DNA of 64,000 bases, taken from Spirochaetia bacterium. Lineage in GTDB: Bacteria; Spirochaetota; Spirochaetia; SZUA-6; Bin103. The first letter of the stretch is position 1; each line of letters begins with the position of its first letter. A program made the translations under genes and the position numbers. Shown one piece after another: positions 1 to 10,330 of the stretch. A model generated the notes under the pieces. It did not search any database, had not been told where the DNA came from, and saw only the letters and a list, made by a program, of their open reading frames with translations. The stretch covers positions 5,024,001-5,088,000 of the forward strand of contig CBDBDQ010000005.1 of NCBI GenBank assembly GCA_965203905.1, given 5' to 3'.

Positions 1-3000
1 GACTGACCACGCCGAACGCGTCGACGAAGGTGCGATACTCGCGCTCGCCGCCGCGCCGCACCCAGATCCCACCGAGCCCACCCGCATCGCCCCCGGCCAG
101 CCCCGCGGCTCCCTCCTTCACGTGATCCATCATCATGCTGACGGTGATCTCCGGCGCCGCGACCCGGAGCTCGCGCCGGGTGCCCAGGCCGCCGCGTCGC
201 GTTCCCGGGCCGCCGGAATCCGGATTGAGGCCGTAGCCCAGCACCACGAACGGGAACATCGTCTCGAAGATCTCGACCGGCGTATTGCGGCAGTTGCCGT
301 GAATGTGGTTCTGGGCGCTGTTGCCGTCGGTACGCCAGCGCCCGCCCCAGCCGCTCGCTTCGAAGTGGTAGTGCGCGTAGGCGGAGCCGGTGCGCGGATG
401 CGCGCCGCCGAACAGGAAGTTGCACGACGTGGCGCCCTCGGAAGCCATGACCCGCTCCGGCACGGCCCTACTCAGCGCGCGCAGAATGACGCCGACGATG
501 CGCGGCTGGCCTTCCGTGTTCCCACCCACCGATGGGCCGGGGTAGCGCACGTTCACCACGGACCCGGGGGGCGCGATGATCTCTATGGGCCGGTAGCATC
601 CCGAGTTGCGCGGGATGTGGCTGCCCACGAGTTGCAGGACGGCGTTGTAGGTGGCGGAGGCGGTGGCGCCAAAGGTGGCGTTGATGGGACCCTGTGCCTG
701 GGCGTCGGTGCCCGTGTAGTCGACCAGGAGCTGACCGTCCTGCACCACGACGGTGGCCCTGATGGTATACGGCCCGTCGCTGATGCCGTCATCTTCCATC
801 TGCTCCTCGGCCGTGTACTCGCCGTCGGCGATGCCGCGGAGCTCGGCGCGCATCAGGCGCTCCGAATAGGCGATGAGCTGTTCCGTGGCGCGCAGCACCC
901 GCCTGGTGCCGTAGTGCTGCAGCAGCTCCAGACAGCGGCGCTCGCCAACGTTCAAGGCGCCGAGCATGGCGTGAAAGTCGCCCCACGTGTTGCGCGGCGT
1001 TCGGTGGTTGGCGAGGATGATCCGCCACACCTCCCGGACGTACTCCCCGGCGCGCATCAGCTTGACCGGGGGCAGCCGCAGCCCTTCCTGGAACACCTCC
1101 GTGGCATCGCTGGCGAACGAGCCGACCACCTTGGCGCCGATCTCCGCCACGTGCCCGATCACGGCCACGAACATCACCAGTCGCCCGCCGTCGAAGACCG
1201 GCTTCAGCATCAGGTGCTCCGGCATGTGACACCCGCCCCGGTACGGGTCGTTGTGCACCACCACGTCGCCGGGCGCGAAGCTGTCGAGGCCCAGCTCCTC
1301 GATCGTCCAGCGCACCGCATGCGGAATGGCGCCGAGTTGCGCCGGGCAGAACTCGCCCTGGGCGATCATCTCACCCTGCGCATCGAAGACGGCGCACGAA
1401 AGGTCCTTCGACTCGCTGAAGATGGGGGAGTACGCCGTACGCATCATGGCCGTCCCCATCTCGCGGGTGATGTTCACCAGCCGGTGGTCGATGACCGACA
1501 TGGTGATGGCGTCGACCGGAGCATTCTCCGCGCCAGGGCCGGTGCTCCCGCTGCCCGTCGCGGCGGAGCTCTCCGGCGCGGTGATCCGGCAGATGCCTTC
1601 GGCGGTGACCGACAGCCGGTGGTCCGGGAGCAGGTAGATGGTGGAGTCCGGCTCCTCGATGACTGCTGGTCCGCCGATGGTAGTGCCGGCGCGCAGGTCG
1701 GCGCGACGGTAGATCGGGCACTCGATCCGGGCGCGGGGGGTGCCGAGGCAGACCCGTCTCATGCCACGCGGCGCCGGCGCCGCACCCGGCTCCAGCTTGG
1801 GCAGCGCCAGCCCTGCGCTTTGGCCAAGAGCTGTGACGTTGAAGTGGATGATCTCGATGGTCTCGTCGGGGAAGTGGTGACCGTAGAACCGGCGGTGCGA
1901 CTCGTGGAAACGATCGAGCAGCAACGCAAACATGTCACCGGTGATCGGTCCCGCCGGCACGGGGACATCGCGCTCGTAGTTCTGCCCCGCATAGCGCATG
2001 CCGATGGCGCGCAGCAGCCGCGGAGTGCCGGCGAACCCCTGGCCGGCGAGCTCCTCGGCGGCTTCAGCCGTGAGTCGCTGCAGCGTCGCGTCGATGGCCG
2101 CCGCGTCGGCGTCGTCCGAGCGATAGTACCTGCTCCAGCGCCGGTCGACCCGGGTGTCGGCCGCCAGCGCGCCGAATGCCGACGTGAGTCCCGGATGCGG
2201 CGGCACGATGACCTCGCGGATGCCGAGCGCAGCCGCGACCTCGCAGCCGTGGAGTGGCCCGGCACCGCCGAAGGCGACCAGCGCCAGCTCGCGGGGATCC
2301 ACGCCGCGGTCGAGGGTCAACACCCGAATGGCGTTCGCCATGTGCTCGTTGGCGAGGGTGATGATCGCGAGAGCGGTCTCCTCCGCGGTCATGCCGAGGC
2401 GCACCGCCAGCGTGTCCAGTCTGGCCTGCGCCAGATCCGGATGTAGCTCCATGTAGCCACCAAGGAAATACGCGGGGTCGAGCCGCCCGAGCAGCAGGTT
2501 GGCGTCGGTGACGGTGACCTCTTCGCCCCCGAGCCCGTAGCAGACCGGTCCGGGGGCGGCGCCGGCGCTGTGCGGGCCGACCCTGAGCATGCCGCCCTGG
2601 TCGATCCAGGCGATCGAGCCGCCGCCGGCGCCGATGGTGTGCAGGTCGACGCACGGCGCCGACACCGGAATGCTGAAGTCCAGCTCGTAGTCGGTGGTGT
2701 AGCCGATTTCGCCTCCAACGATCAGCGAGACGTCGGTGCTGGTGCCGCCCATGTCGAAGGTGACGACGTTGGCGCATCCCGCCAGCTCGGCGAAGTAGCG
2801 GCCTCCGATCACGCCACCGGACAGGCCCGAGAGCATGGTGTGGGCCGGTTGCCGCTTTGCCGCCTCCGCCCGCATCTGCCCGCCGTTGGACTTCATCACC
2901 GTTACGGCGCCCTGGAAGCCCTGCGCGTGGAGACCCCGCTCCAGCCCGCCGATCATCGCTTCCAGGCGCGGCCGCAGGTAGGCGTCGATGATGGTCGTGC

Positions 3001-3616
3001 TGGCACGCTCGTACTCGCGCCAGAGCGGCGAGATGTCGCTCGACACCGAGACCGGGACGCCCGGGAGCCGCTCCCGCAGCAACCGCGCCAGCGCGCGCTC
3101 GTGGACGGGATTCGCGTACGAGAAGAGGAGATTGACGGCGATGGCGACCCCGGCAACCGCGCACTCCAGCCGCTGCTCGACGGCGGCGGCCACGCCCTCC
3201 AGCTCGCCATCGGTGAGCGGACGCAGCACCGTGCCGTCGCTGGTGACGCGCTCGTCCACGCCGAGACAGTCGCGGCGCGCGACGAACGGCTGCGGCTTCA
3301 GCCACTGCAGGTCGTACGGGTCCTTCTTGTCGATGCGCTGGATGTAGGGGATGTCCTCGAAGCCGGCGGTGGTCAGATAGATGACCCGGGCACCGGAGCG
3401 CTGGAGCACGGCATTGGTGCCGACCGTGGTCCCGAGCACCAGCAGCGCCACCTGCTGGACCGGAACCTCGAGACGCGACAGCACGTCGAGCACCGCCTCC
3501 CCCGGGTCGTGCGGGGTCGATGGCCGCTTGGCGAACTGTAGCGCGCCCGTGCTCTCGTCCCGCGCCACCAGGTCGGTGAAGGTGCCCCCGGTATCGACCC
3601 CGACTCGCGAGCTCAT
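1..3616 (-). CDS. Fused hydantoinase A/hydantoinase B (5-oxoprolinase-like) protein, 3' end outside window
   Basis: Manual translation from ATG 3616: MSSRVGVDTGGTFTDL (HyuA N-term), FDMGGTSTD, then in frame ...VDAITMSVIDHRLVNITREMGTAMMRTAYSPIFSESKDLSCAVFD (HyuB N-term). Absent from the ORF track, consistent with running off the edge. Confidence 0.88.
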   Translation of the reverse strand, partial: MSSRVGVDTGGTFTDLVARDESTGALQFAKRPSTPHDPGEAVLDVLSRLEVPVQQVALLVLGTTVGTNAVLQRSGARVIYLTTAGFEDIPYIQRIDKKDPYDLQWLKPQPFVARRDCLGVDERVTSDGTVLRPLTDGELEGVAAAVEQRLECAVAGVAIAVNLLFSYANPVHERALARLLRERLPGVPVSVSSDISPLWREYERASTTIIDAYLRPRLEAMIGGLERGLHAQGFQGAVTVMKSNGGQMRAEAAKRQPAHTMLSGLSGGVIGGRYFAELAGCANVVTFDMGGTSTDVSLIVGGEIGYTTDYELDFSIPVSAPCVDLHTIGAGGGSIAWIDQGGMLRVGPHSAGAAPGPVCYGLGGEEVTVTDANLLLGRLDPAYFLGGYMELHPDLAQARLDTLAVRLGMTAEETALAIITLANEHMANAIRVLTLDRGVDPRELALVAFGGAGPLHGCEVAAALGIREVIVPPHPGLTSAFGALAADTRVDRRWSRYYRSDDADAAAIDATLQRLTAEAAEELAGQGFAGTPRLLRAIGMRYAGQNYERDVPVPAGPITGDMFALLLDRFHESHRRFYGHHFPDETIEIIHFNVTALGQSAGLALPKLEPGAAPAPRGMRRVCLGTPRARIECPIYRRADLRAGTTIGGPAVIEEPDSTIYLLPDHRLSVTAEGICRITAPESSAATGSGSTGPGAENAPVDAITMSVIDHRLVNITREMGTAMMRTAYSPIFSESKDLSCAVFDAQGEMIAQGEFCPAQLGAIPHAVRWTIEELGLDSFAPGDVVVHNDPYRGGCHMPEHLMLKPVFDGGRLVMFVAVIGHVAEIGAKVVGSFASDATEVFQEGLRLPPVKLMRAGEYVREVWRIILANHRTPRNTWGDFHAMLGALNVGERRCLELLQHYGTRRVLRATEQLIAYSERLMRAELRGIADGEYTAEEQMEDDGISDGPYTIRATVVVQDGQLLVDYTGTDAQAQGPINATFGATASATYNAVLQLVGSHIPRNSGCYRPIEIIAPPGSVVNVRYPGPSVGGNTEGQPRIVGVILRALSRAVPERVMASEGATSCNFLFGGAHPRTGSAYAHYHFEASGWGGRWRTDGNSAQNHIHGNCRNTPVEIFETMFPFVVLGYGLNPDSGGPGTRRGGLGTRRELRVAAPEITVSMMMDHVKEGAAGLAGGDAGGLGGIWVRRGGEREYRTFVDAFGVVS

Positions 3617-3864
3617 GGCGGCGAGTGGTCGTCGCCGGCGCCCGTGCGAGCGCCTGCTTCAACTGCTCCCCGCCCGTAGCGGGGCAGCCAGTACTCGCGG
3701 TACAGGCTGGCACACGCCGGCTTGCAGAACACCGGCCGCTGCCCATCCGACCCGCCGTCCGGCACCCACATGCGCCGGGCGATCATCCGCCCGCAGAGCT
3801 GGCAGTGGATGATCCTGGTCTCGTACCAGGGCGCCGCGATCGTCTGCCAACTGCCCTCCGCCAT
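3613..3864 (-). CDS. Small Cys-rich putative zinc-binding protein
   Basis: 83 aa with CQLCG...FCKPAC; stop overlaps the hydantoinase ATG (ATGA coupling). Confidence 0.65.
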   Translation of the reverse strand: MAEGSWQTIAAPWYETRIIHCQLCGRMIARRMWVPDGGSDGQRPVFCKPACASLYREYWLPRYGRGAVEAGARTGAGDDHSPP

Positions 3865-3901
3865 CTCAGGCAGTCAGGTTACGTCGCAGGCACGCGCACC
3901 A

Positions 3902-4897
3902 TCAACAGAGCGGGCCGTCGAGATTCCCGTCCCCGATCTCCACCTGCTCCAGGTGACTACTCCCGCATATGCCACCCTCCGGCGATACCGCTCGCTTGAC
4001 CTCTGATCCGTCGCTGGAGAGAAGCGGATGATAGAACTCCGCAATCTCCTCGCATCGTTCAGAGGCATAGTGGAATATGAGCGCTCTGCGCCATTGGTCG
4101 GCTGTGGTGTTGGGATAGCTTCCGTGGATGACCTGACCATTGAAGAACAGCACATCTCCCGGATCCATCTCCGCGGTTACCGGTTTGATATCATCCGGAA
4201 GCTTGAGACTCGCGCCGGAACCCCCCACGCCAAAGAGGTCACGTCGGTCCTCGTACTCGGCATCACACAAAAGCGGAAGCGGACCACTTCCCGGCACGAC
4301 ACTCAATGCACCGGTGTCAGAGTCGCATCTGTCCATGGCGATCCATGCCGCCATACAGGTCCCTGGCCGGACCGCCAGCGGATTGTTGTCCTGGTGCAGG
4401 CCCTGACCACGAGCTCCGGGTGGCTTGAAGTAGAACATGCTCTGCGCTGCAAGCGGCTCCTCTCCGGTGACAGCCCTGAGGAGATCCCAGATCCTCTGAT
4501 CAAGCAGATACTCGAGACATACCCTTCCGAGTTCGGAATCCGCCCTGTGCGGGTGGAGCATTCTCGGGTAGCGGAGCAATGGGTCATCTTCGTTTCCATT
4601 CTCCTGCTGCATCCATGGAGACCACGCTGCAGTCTCGCTGACACCGGGAACAGGTCCACGGTCGGCGGCGTCCATGACAACCGAAAGTATCGACTCCACC
4701 TCAGCCTGCGAAATGAGATTTCGGACGACTCCCACCCCCGACGAGCGGAAGGCGTTGAGCTCGTGTTGTGACGGTTTGAGTCCAAGCTCGGTAATCTGAT
4801 TGGACTGGTTCACCGTGCCGGTCGCTCTTCCTGCCACATCGCCTCCGCGCGAACAATAACGAGTCGAGTGTAGCCGGTCGGTTGACCCTAAAGTCAA
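3902..4897 (-). CDS. Phytanoyl-CoA dioxygenase (PhyH) family protein; real start likely downstream (~4816-4840)
   Basis: QSMFYFKPPGARGQGLHQDN, AAWIAMD, GDVLFFNGQVIHGSYPN...RR motifs. Confidence 0.9.
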   Translation of the reverse strand: MTLGSTDRLHSTRYCSRGGDVAGRATGTVNQSNQITELGLKPSQHELNAFRSSGVGVVRNLISQAEVESILSVVMDAADRGPVPGVSETAAWSPWMQQENGNEDDPLLRYPRMLHPHRADSELGRVCLEYLLDQRIWDLLRAVTGEEPLAAQSMFYFKPPGARGQGLHQDNNPLAVRPGTCMAAWIAMDRCDSDTGALSVVPGSGPLPLLCDAEYEDRRDLFGVGGSGASLKLPDDIKPVTAEMDPGDVLFFNGQVIHGSYPNTTADQWRRALIFHYASERCEEIAEFYHPLLSSDGSEVKRAVSPEGGICGSSHLEQVEIGDGNLDGPLC

Positions 4898-5220
4898 TCG
4901 CGGGTATCGCGGTCGGCGATGCCGGACAGTTCGACCGGGGGCCGGTCGGGGAATCTCGCGATGAGCGAGAGGCGTCCGCCCCTCGCCTCCACCGTCCTGC
5001 GCAGCGTCGAGAGCAACAGGTCGCTGCGCTGCTCCAGCCGCGAGACACCGTCCTGGCTGATACCGAGTTCTCGCGCGACGCTGACCTGGGTGAGATGCCG
5101 GGCCTTGCGCAGCTCGCGCAGCGTCATCTCTTCGGCGATGAGTTCGGCGGTGCGATCTTCGATCTTGCGCCGTCGGGCGGGGTCGAGGCCAGCCATCATG
5201 TCGTCAAGGCTCACGGTCAT
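4894..5220 (-). CDS. XRE-family HTH antitoxin (HigA-like)
   Basis: MTVSLDDMMAGLDPARRRKIE...LRELRKARHLTQVSVARELGISQDGVSRLEQRSDLLLSTLR. Confidence 0.88.
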   Translation of the reverse strand: MTVSLDDMMAGLDPARRRKIEDRTAELIAEEMTLRELRKARHLTQVSVARELGISQDGVSRLEQRSDLLLSTLRRTVEARGGRLSLIARFPDRPPVELSGIADRDTRD

Positions 5221-5322
5221 CACGATCCTCCTGCATTGGCGAGTTGGGCGAGGTGCCGGTCGAACCGCTCGTCGGCCTTGCGGATGAGCGCACGCGTCGT
5301 GGAACTCTACCGACCAGCTCAT
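5217..5322 (-). pseudogene. RelE/HigB-type toxin remnant with large internal deletion
   Basis: N-term MSWSVEFHDA joined out of frame to C-term ALIRKADERFDRHLAQL*, directly upstream of the antitoxin. Confidence 0.75.
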
Positions 5323-5332
5323 CCACGACACA

Positions 5333-5361
5333 GTATGTTGTCACAGGCATATGAAGTCAAG
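5333..5361 (-). promoter_or_regulatory. Sigma70-type promoter of the TA operon
   Basis: Minus strand TTGACT-17 nt-CATACT just upstream of the toxin remnant. Confidence 0.6.
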
Positions 5362-5519
5362 GCCATGCCACACACGTTTCACTGAGGACGGTTGTCCGGT
5401 CAGTCAGTCCGCGTTCGCCACGCCGCCTCTCTGGGCCTATCAACCCGTCGTACGCCGCCTACTGTCGCGATGGCGGCCACACACAACAGCTTGCCGGGCC
5501 GAACCCAGTAAGGATCCTG

Positions 5520-6710
5520 CTACATTATGCGTTCGGCGAGGAACAGCGCTCGGTCGGTAGCTTCGAGGATCGTGGCGACCTGGTAACAGTCGCCCAGGAG
5601 GTGGACATTGGCCCGGCCCGCGAGCTGGTCGGCCAGCGAGCGCTCGCACACCACTCCGGTGGCCATCACCAGCTCGCCCTCGGGAAGCTCGGTCGCCGAA
5701 CCATCGACGACGGTTACGTCCCTGACGCGTTCTCGCTCCACGCCCACTACGCGGGTACCGGTGCGTACATCGACCTGGTGGCGCTCGAGCTGCTCCTCGA
5801 AGTACTCCCGAAACGAGTGCGTCTCCCGCGCAGCGATAGTGCCGCTCTCCTCCACCAACGTTACCCGGTGGCCACGCTGGGCGAGGTGGACCGCCACCTC
5901 GCTTCCCGTGGAGCCGCCGCCGACAACCGTTACCGGCTTCCGCAGCTCGACCGCGCCGCTGAACACGTCCTCATACGTGATGAGCTCTGCGCCTTCGCTC
6001 TCGAAGGGCACGTGCGGCCTGGCTCCGGTCGCCAGGACCAGCACCTCCGGATCGAGCACCTCGACGAACTCCGCGGACACGCGGGTGCCGAGCCCCACCT
6101 CCAGGCCCCGCGTCTCGACCTGCTTCTCGTAGTAGGCGAGCAGCCAGCCCAACTCGCGCTTGAACTCCGGGGTCCGGCAGAACACGAGCTGGCCCCCGAT
6201 GCGCGGAGCCGCCTCCAGCACCCGCACGTCGTGGCCCTTTTCCTTGGCCATGAGGGCGAAGCTCAAGCCGGCGGGGCCGGCCCCGACCACCAGCACGCTC
6301 CGTTTGCGTGCGACGACCGTGCTCGTCGCCAGCAGCTTCTCGCGCCCGAGGTACGGGTTGACGTTGCAGCGCACGTCCAGGTCCTGATCGATCCGCTCGA
6401 TGCAGCCGTAGTTGCAGCCGATGCAGGGGAGGATCTCCTCTTCCTTCCCCTGTTGCACCTTGTTGGGCCACTCCGGGTCGGCGAGGAGCGCCCTGCCGAG
6501 CGACACGAAGTCGGCCTGGCCTTCCGCGATCACGCGCTCGGCCAGCTCGGGAGTCTTGATCCTGCCCACGGCAATCACCGGTATGCCGACGGCCTGCTTC
6601 ACGACCTGGATATCGGCGAGCAGGTTGCCTTGCGGCGCCATCGTCGGCGGGAAGATCAGCGATCCTGACTCGTAGGTACCGGCCGAGGTGTTGATGACGT
6701 CTGCCTTCAC
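5520..6710 (-). pseudogene. NADH:flavin oxidoreductase (OYE/2,4-dienoyl-CoA reductase-like), 5'-truncated
   Basis: IPVIAVGRI, GRALLADPEW, CIGCNYGC, GAGPAG, GGGSTG; most of the N-terminal TIM barrel is missing. Confidence 0.8.
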
Positions 6711-7092
6711 GTCCAAGGGGCTGTTCATCAGCGGCGAATGGGTCGGCGCTCATTCGCGAGAGACCATTACCAGCGTCAACCCTGCGTCAGTCCTATGGCG
6801 TGGTGGCCAAGATCAATCCGTTCAACGACCCCTTTCGCTTCTGCGCCGAAATGTCGGGGCCTGCGCTGGTCGCCGGCAATACGGTGGTGATCAAGGGACC
6901 GAAACAAGCGCCGTTGTCCAGCCTGAAGTTGCGAAGCTATGCCGGGGGGTATTCCCGCCCGCGGTGGTGAACATCGTGACCGGCGGCGGCGGGACTCAAG
7001 GAGGGCGACTATGTTCGATCGTGTGACCCCGCAGATGCGGATCGGCAGCGAGGAGATCTTTGGTCCGGTCATGGCGGTCATGAGCTGGTCCG
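6706..7092 (+). pseudogene. Aldehyde dehydrogenase remnant (deleted and frameshifted)
   Basis: Fragments LFISGEWV...VNPA, PALVAGNTVVIK, VVNIVTGGG, EEIFGPVMAV in different frames. Confidence 0.75.
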
Positions 7093-8025
7093 CTAGCCCA
7101 CGGCCCAGATCGCGGATGCTGCCGCAGAGAGGACAAACGATATGAGCGGCGCGAAGATCCACCCTATACTGAAGTTGAGCAACATGCGAGCCTTGAGGTT
7201 TTGTAATCCCCGCAGAATCCCGACGCCGAGTATCGCGCCGATTAGGGCCTGGCTGGTACTCACCGGTACTCCTATGACGGCGAAAATGTGAACCGTAGCA
7301 GCCATTGATGAAACCGCTATGAATGCCGTGAACGCGTCGAGCCGCATCAGTCTTTTCCCTACGGACTCCATCACACGACGGCTGAACGTGATCACGCCGA
7401 GGCCAATCGCACCGCCTCCGATCACGGCCAGATGGAAGTCGTTCAACCCTGGGATAACGCCGGAGTAGATTCCGGTAGCGTTGGCAACATTGTTTGCGCC
7501 GAGGGCGTATGAACCGTAGGTTCCCACAACGACCAACCCCGTCCAGAGCAACTTATCCCGAGTCAGGATCCCCATCCGCACGTGACGAGATACCCAGCGC
7601 AGGACGATGAAAAAGAGTACAGCGAAGAACATCGAGCCTAATGGAGTGGCAAGCCAAGAAATCGCGACTTTGGCGAGACCGCTCGTAGAGAGGTTGCGGG
7701 TGGCGATGCCGATGCCGATAATCGCGCCGACAACGGCTTGTGAGGTGCTGATCGGGAGACCGAACATTGTCATCATCGTGATCGTAATCGCCGCCGATAC
7801 CGATACGATGATGAGCGTGGTCACCGTCTGTTCCGTCAGTCCGCTGAGAGTATGGATGCCTGCCTGACCTTGCAGCGCGGCACCGGCAAGCACCGCCAGC
7901 GCGCACAGAACGGACGCTCTTCTGAAGCTGATGACTCTGGACCCGACCGCGGTACCGAAGAAATTCGCCGCGTCGTTGGCGCCGAGAGCCCAACCAAGAT
8001 AGACGCCGCCGGCGAGAGCCAGCAC
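7093..8025 (-). CDS. pit: PiT-family inorganic phosphate transporter
   Basis: GANDAANFFGTAVGS and GANNVAN repeats, PISTSQAVVGAI; hydrophobic. Confidence 0.9.
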   Translation of the reverse strand: MLALAGGVYLGWALGANDAANFFGTAVGSRVISFRRASVLCALAVLAGAALQGQAGIHTLSGLTEQTVTTLIIVSVSAAITITMMTMFGLPISTSQAVVGAIIGIGIATRNLSTSGLAKVAISWLATPLGSMFFAVLFFIVLRWVSRHVRMGILTRDKLLWTGLVVVGTYGSYALGANNVANATGIYSGVIPGLNDFHLAVIGGGAIGLGVITFSRRVMESVGKRLMRLDAFTAFIAVSSMAATVHIFAVIGVPVSTSQALIGAILGVGILRGLQNLKARMLLNFSIGWIFAPLISFVLSAAASAIWAVG

Positions 8026-8673
8026 TCAAACACTCCTCTTGGCGACCATTATCCTGATTCTGTCACCGACGCTTTCCGATCGGTCGGCGACGCCGCCGAT
8101 TCTGTCAACGAGATCTCTCAGCAGAATCTTCTGCAGATCAGGCATGTCAGAGGAAAAGATGCGGTCGATCAAGTCAGATTCGATGCGATCGGCTTCGCTT
8201 TCCAGCTTGTCGATTTTTCCCACCGTAATCGACGCATCGATGAAGTTGTTGAAGAGCTGGGATACACCTTCGAGCATCGTCAAGACGCACTTGGTGCAAA
8301 CCGACACCAGCTCGGTGATTTGGTCGCAGATCTCAGGCGGCAGCGATATGTGTTGGTTCAGGATCATTCTCACGGCAGACTCTGCGCAATTCGGTACGCG
8401 ATCCATAGATTCAATCAGACCGAGGATATCACCACGCGATTCCGGGAATAACGCGCGGCTGTACATCAAGTTCTCGAGCTCGCGGCGAATGTCGTCGGCC
8501 CGCCCCTCGGCGAGATGAACGCTGTCGAAACTCCTTTGCACCTTTTGTCGATCAAAACAGGTACAACACTCGCCGAAGGTTGTCTTAAACCGCTCGACGC
8601 ACAGCGAGATCTGTTCGCAGTATGATGCGATCTGCTCTTGCACCGCCCGCTGCTTGCTCTGCAATCTACTCAT
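8026..8673 (-). CDS. DUF47/PhoU-like phosphate transport regulator
   Basis: AEGRADDIRR, LESEADRIE, ADRSESVGD; abuts pit. Confidence 0.88.
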   Translation of the reverse strand: MSRLQSKQRAVQEQIASYCEQISLCVERFKTTFGECCTCFDRQKVQRSFDSVHLAEGRADDIRRELENLMYSRALFPESRGDILGLIESMDRVPNCAESAVRMILNQHISLPPEICDQITELVSVCTKCVLTMLEGVSQLFNNFIDASITVGKIDKLESEADRIESDLIDRIFSSDMPDLQKILLRDLVDRIGGVADRSESVGDRIRIMVAKRSV

Positions 8674-8859
8674 TCGAGTGTCCCCATCGGCGGTCGGCCG
8701 AGGTCGGGCTCAATTGCTGTCTGGCGCTCATATGGCTCCCGCATCGCATCCTATATCCTACCGAGTCACGTGTTGCTTGCCTATAGCGTTACCACGTTTA
8801 GGTCTGGCGTGGACAAGGTCGACAGCGCGCCGACCGGTCTCGCATCATGAGCCGCTTGA

Positions 8860-9727
8860 TGCCGGCGGCCGTGAACATAGTTCGACCCAAGACAATACGC
8901 CCACGTACGACTGCCATTCCTGGAGGCATCCACACTGCCGCCATGGCCCAGGACGGCGCTGTGCGTGCTGCCCCGGAGGTAAAGAGGAACTTGAACACGA
9001 TCCGGGGCGGTACCGGCGAGTCGGACGCGGGATGGCGGCGCATGCGCCGGTGATACATGTCGTAGTGAAAGCAGCAGAAGCTGCCTGCAGGCACCACCAT
9101 CGGTTCCTCGCGCACAGACGGATCGAGGGCCCCGATCGTCGCGCAGCAAGCGGTCGCGGGCCGCCAGATCGGCCCCCTGCATCGCGCCCTCCGGGTCGTC
9201 GATCTGGTCGTGGCGGATTGGCTGAGCGGGGGGCCGGGCGCTGCCATCGCCGTCCGCGGGGAGCGCGTAGTACTGCGATCCCGGTGCGATCGCCGTCGGT
9301 CCCATCTCCAGGGTGACCGCCGCGGGGTAGTACATGCACAGCAACCAGCGCGGCCGGTGATGACGCACCCTCTGCACGCCCCAGTAACTGTCGCGGTGCC
9401 AGCCCTGGTCGAACGGCACCGCTCCCGCCGCTTCCGGCGCGCCGGACTCGACATACGCCGCGGAATGTGGATGGCGGAGGTAGCCGCGCCCCAACAGATC
9501 CTTGAGGGCGCCGCGCACCGTGGCGCTGTCGAGCAACCTCGCGCAGCTCCGGCATTGCGGCGTCCAGATCGTCGCTCAGGCCGCTCTGTGGTTGGCGCTC
9601 CAGGGCGGCGCGATAGACGTTCTCGTGAAAGCCCTCACCGAGCTCCTCCAAGCCGAACCAGGAAGCCGTCGAGGATGAACCGTTGCACCTGGGCGTCGGT
9701 GAGGAGCCTTATCTCGCGGTCACTCAT
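8860..9727 (-). pseudogene. PhyH-family dioxygenase pseudogene (frameshifts, 3' truncation)
   Basis: LLTDAQVQRFILDGF, DQGWHRDSYW, YYPAAVTLEMGPT, HYDMYHR spread over three frames. Confidence 0.75.
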
Positions 9728-10046
9728 ATTCCGGCCTCACCATAACCGAACCGCTCTCTGGCCTCGCGTCGACCGCTACAGCCACCTCCGTGGCGAGGTG
9801 CGGTCGCTGTTCGAGGCACTGAAGCGCTTCCAGGCGCATTCCGCTACATGGTGGTCGCCAGGTGCGCCACGATCCGGCGCCCAGGTCTTCTCCGCCGCCT
9901 GACCGACGGACCGACCGGCGGACATTGACGGAGGCGTCCGACTTCGCCAACTATTTTCCGCGAAGGACGGGAGGCTCTACGACGGCTCCCCGCGGGTCGT
10001 CGAGGATCGGTGATCCGACCAGCGCCGCCTCCTTCGGAGGACCGCC

Positions 10047-10292
10047 ATGGCACGTCACGACGCGATAGAGGGTAGTTCGACAGTGACCGTCCACGTGTAT
10101 CGTGCTGAGGAAGGCGGGTTTTGGGCTGAGATGCCCGATTATCCGGGGTGTTACACCCAGGGCGAGACCATGGACGAGCTTGAAGAGAATGTCCGTGAAG
10201 CCGTCCAGTGCTACCTCGATGCGGGGTATGCCGACCAGTCAGCGATCGAAAAGGCAGAAGAGGAGCCGGAGATCCTACAGGTCTCCTTGTGA
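10047..10292 (+). CDS. hicB: HicB-family antitoxin
   Basis: AEEGGFWAEMPDYPGCYTQGETMDELEENVREAVQCYL. Confidence 0.9.
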   Translation: MARHDAIEGSSTVTVHVYRAEEGGFWAEMPDYPGCYTQGETMDELEENVREAVQCYLDAGYADQSAIEKAEEEPEILQVSL

Positions 10293-10330
10293 AGGCGATT
10301 TCAGGCCGGAGGCTTGTACGGATCCTCCAA
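10289..10330 (+). pseudogene. HicA toxin 5' remnant
   Basis: GTG overlapping the hicB stop gives MKAISGRRLVRILQ (typical HicA start), then cut off. Confidence 0.65.

Noticed and set aside
122-2446. 774-aa plus-strand ORF and similar long antisense ORFs (e.g. 38473-40242, 57012-58814)
   Set aside because: Shadows of real genes on the opposite strand in high-GC DNA; no motifs.
9740-9900. Possible IS5 transposase C-terminal remnant (EVRSLFEALKRF)
   Set aside because: Similarity too short and degenerate to support.
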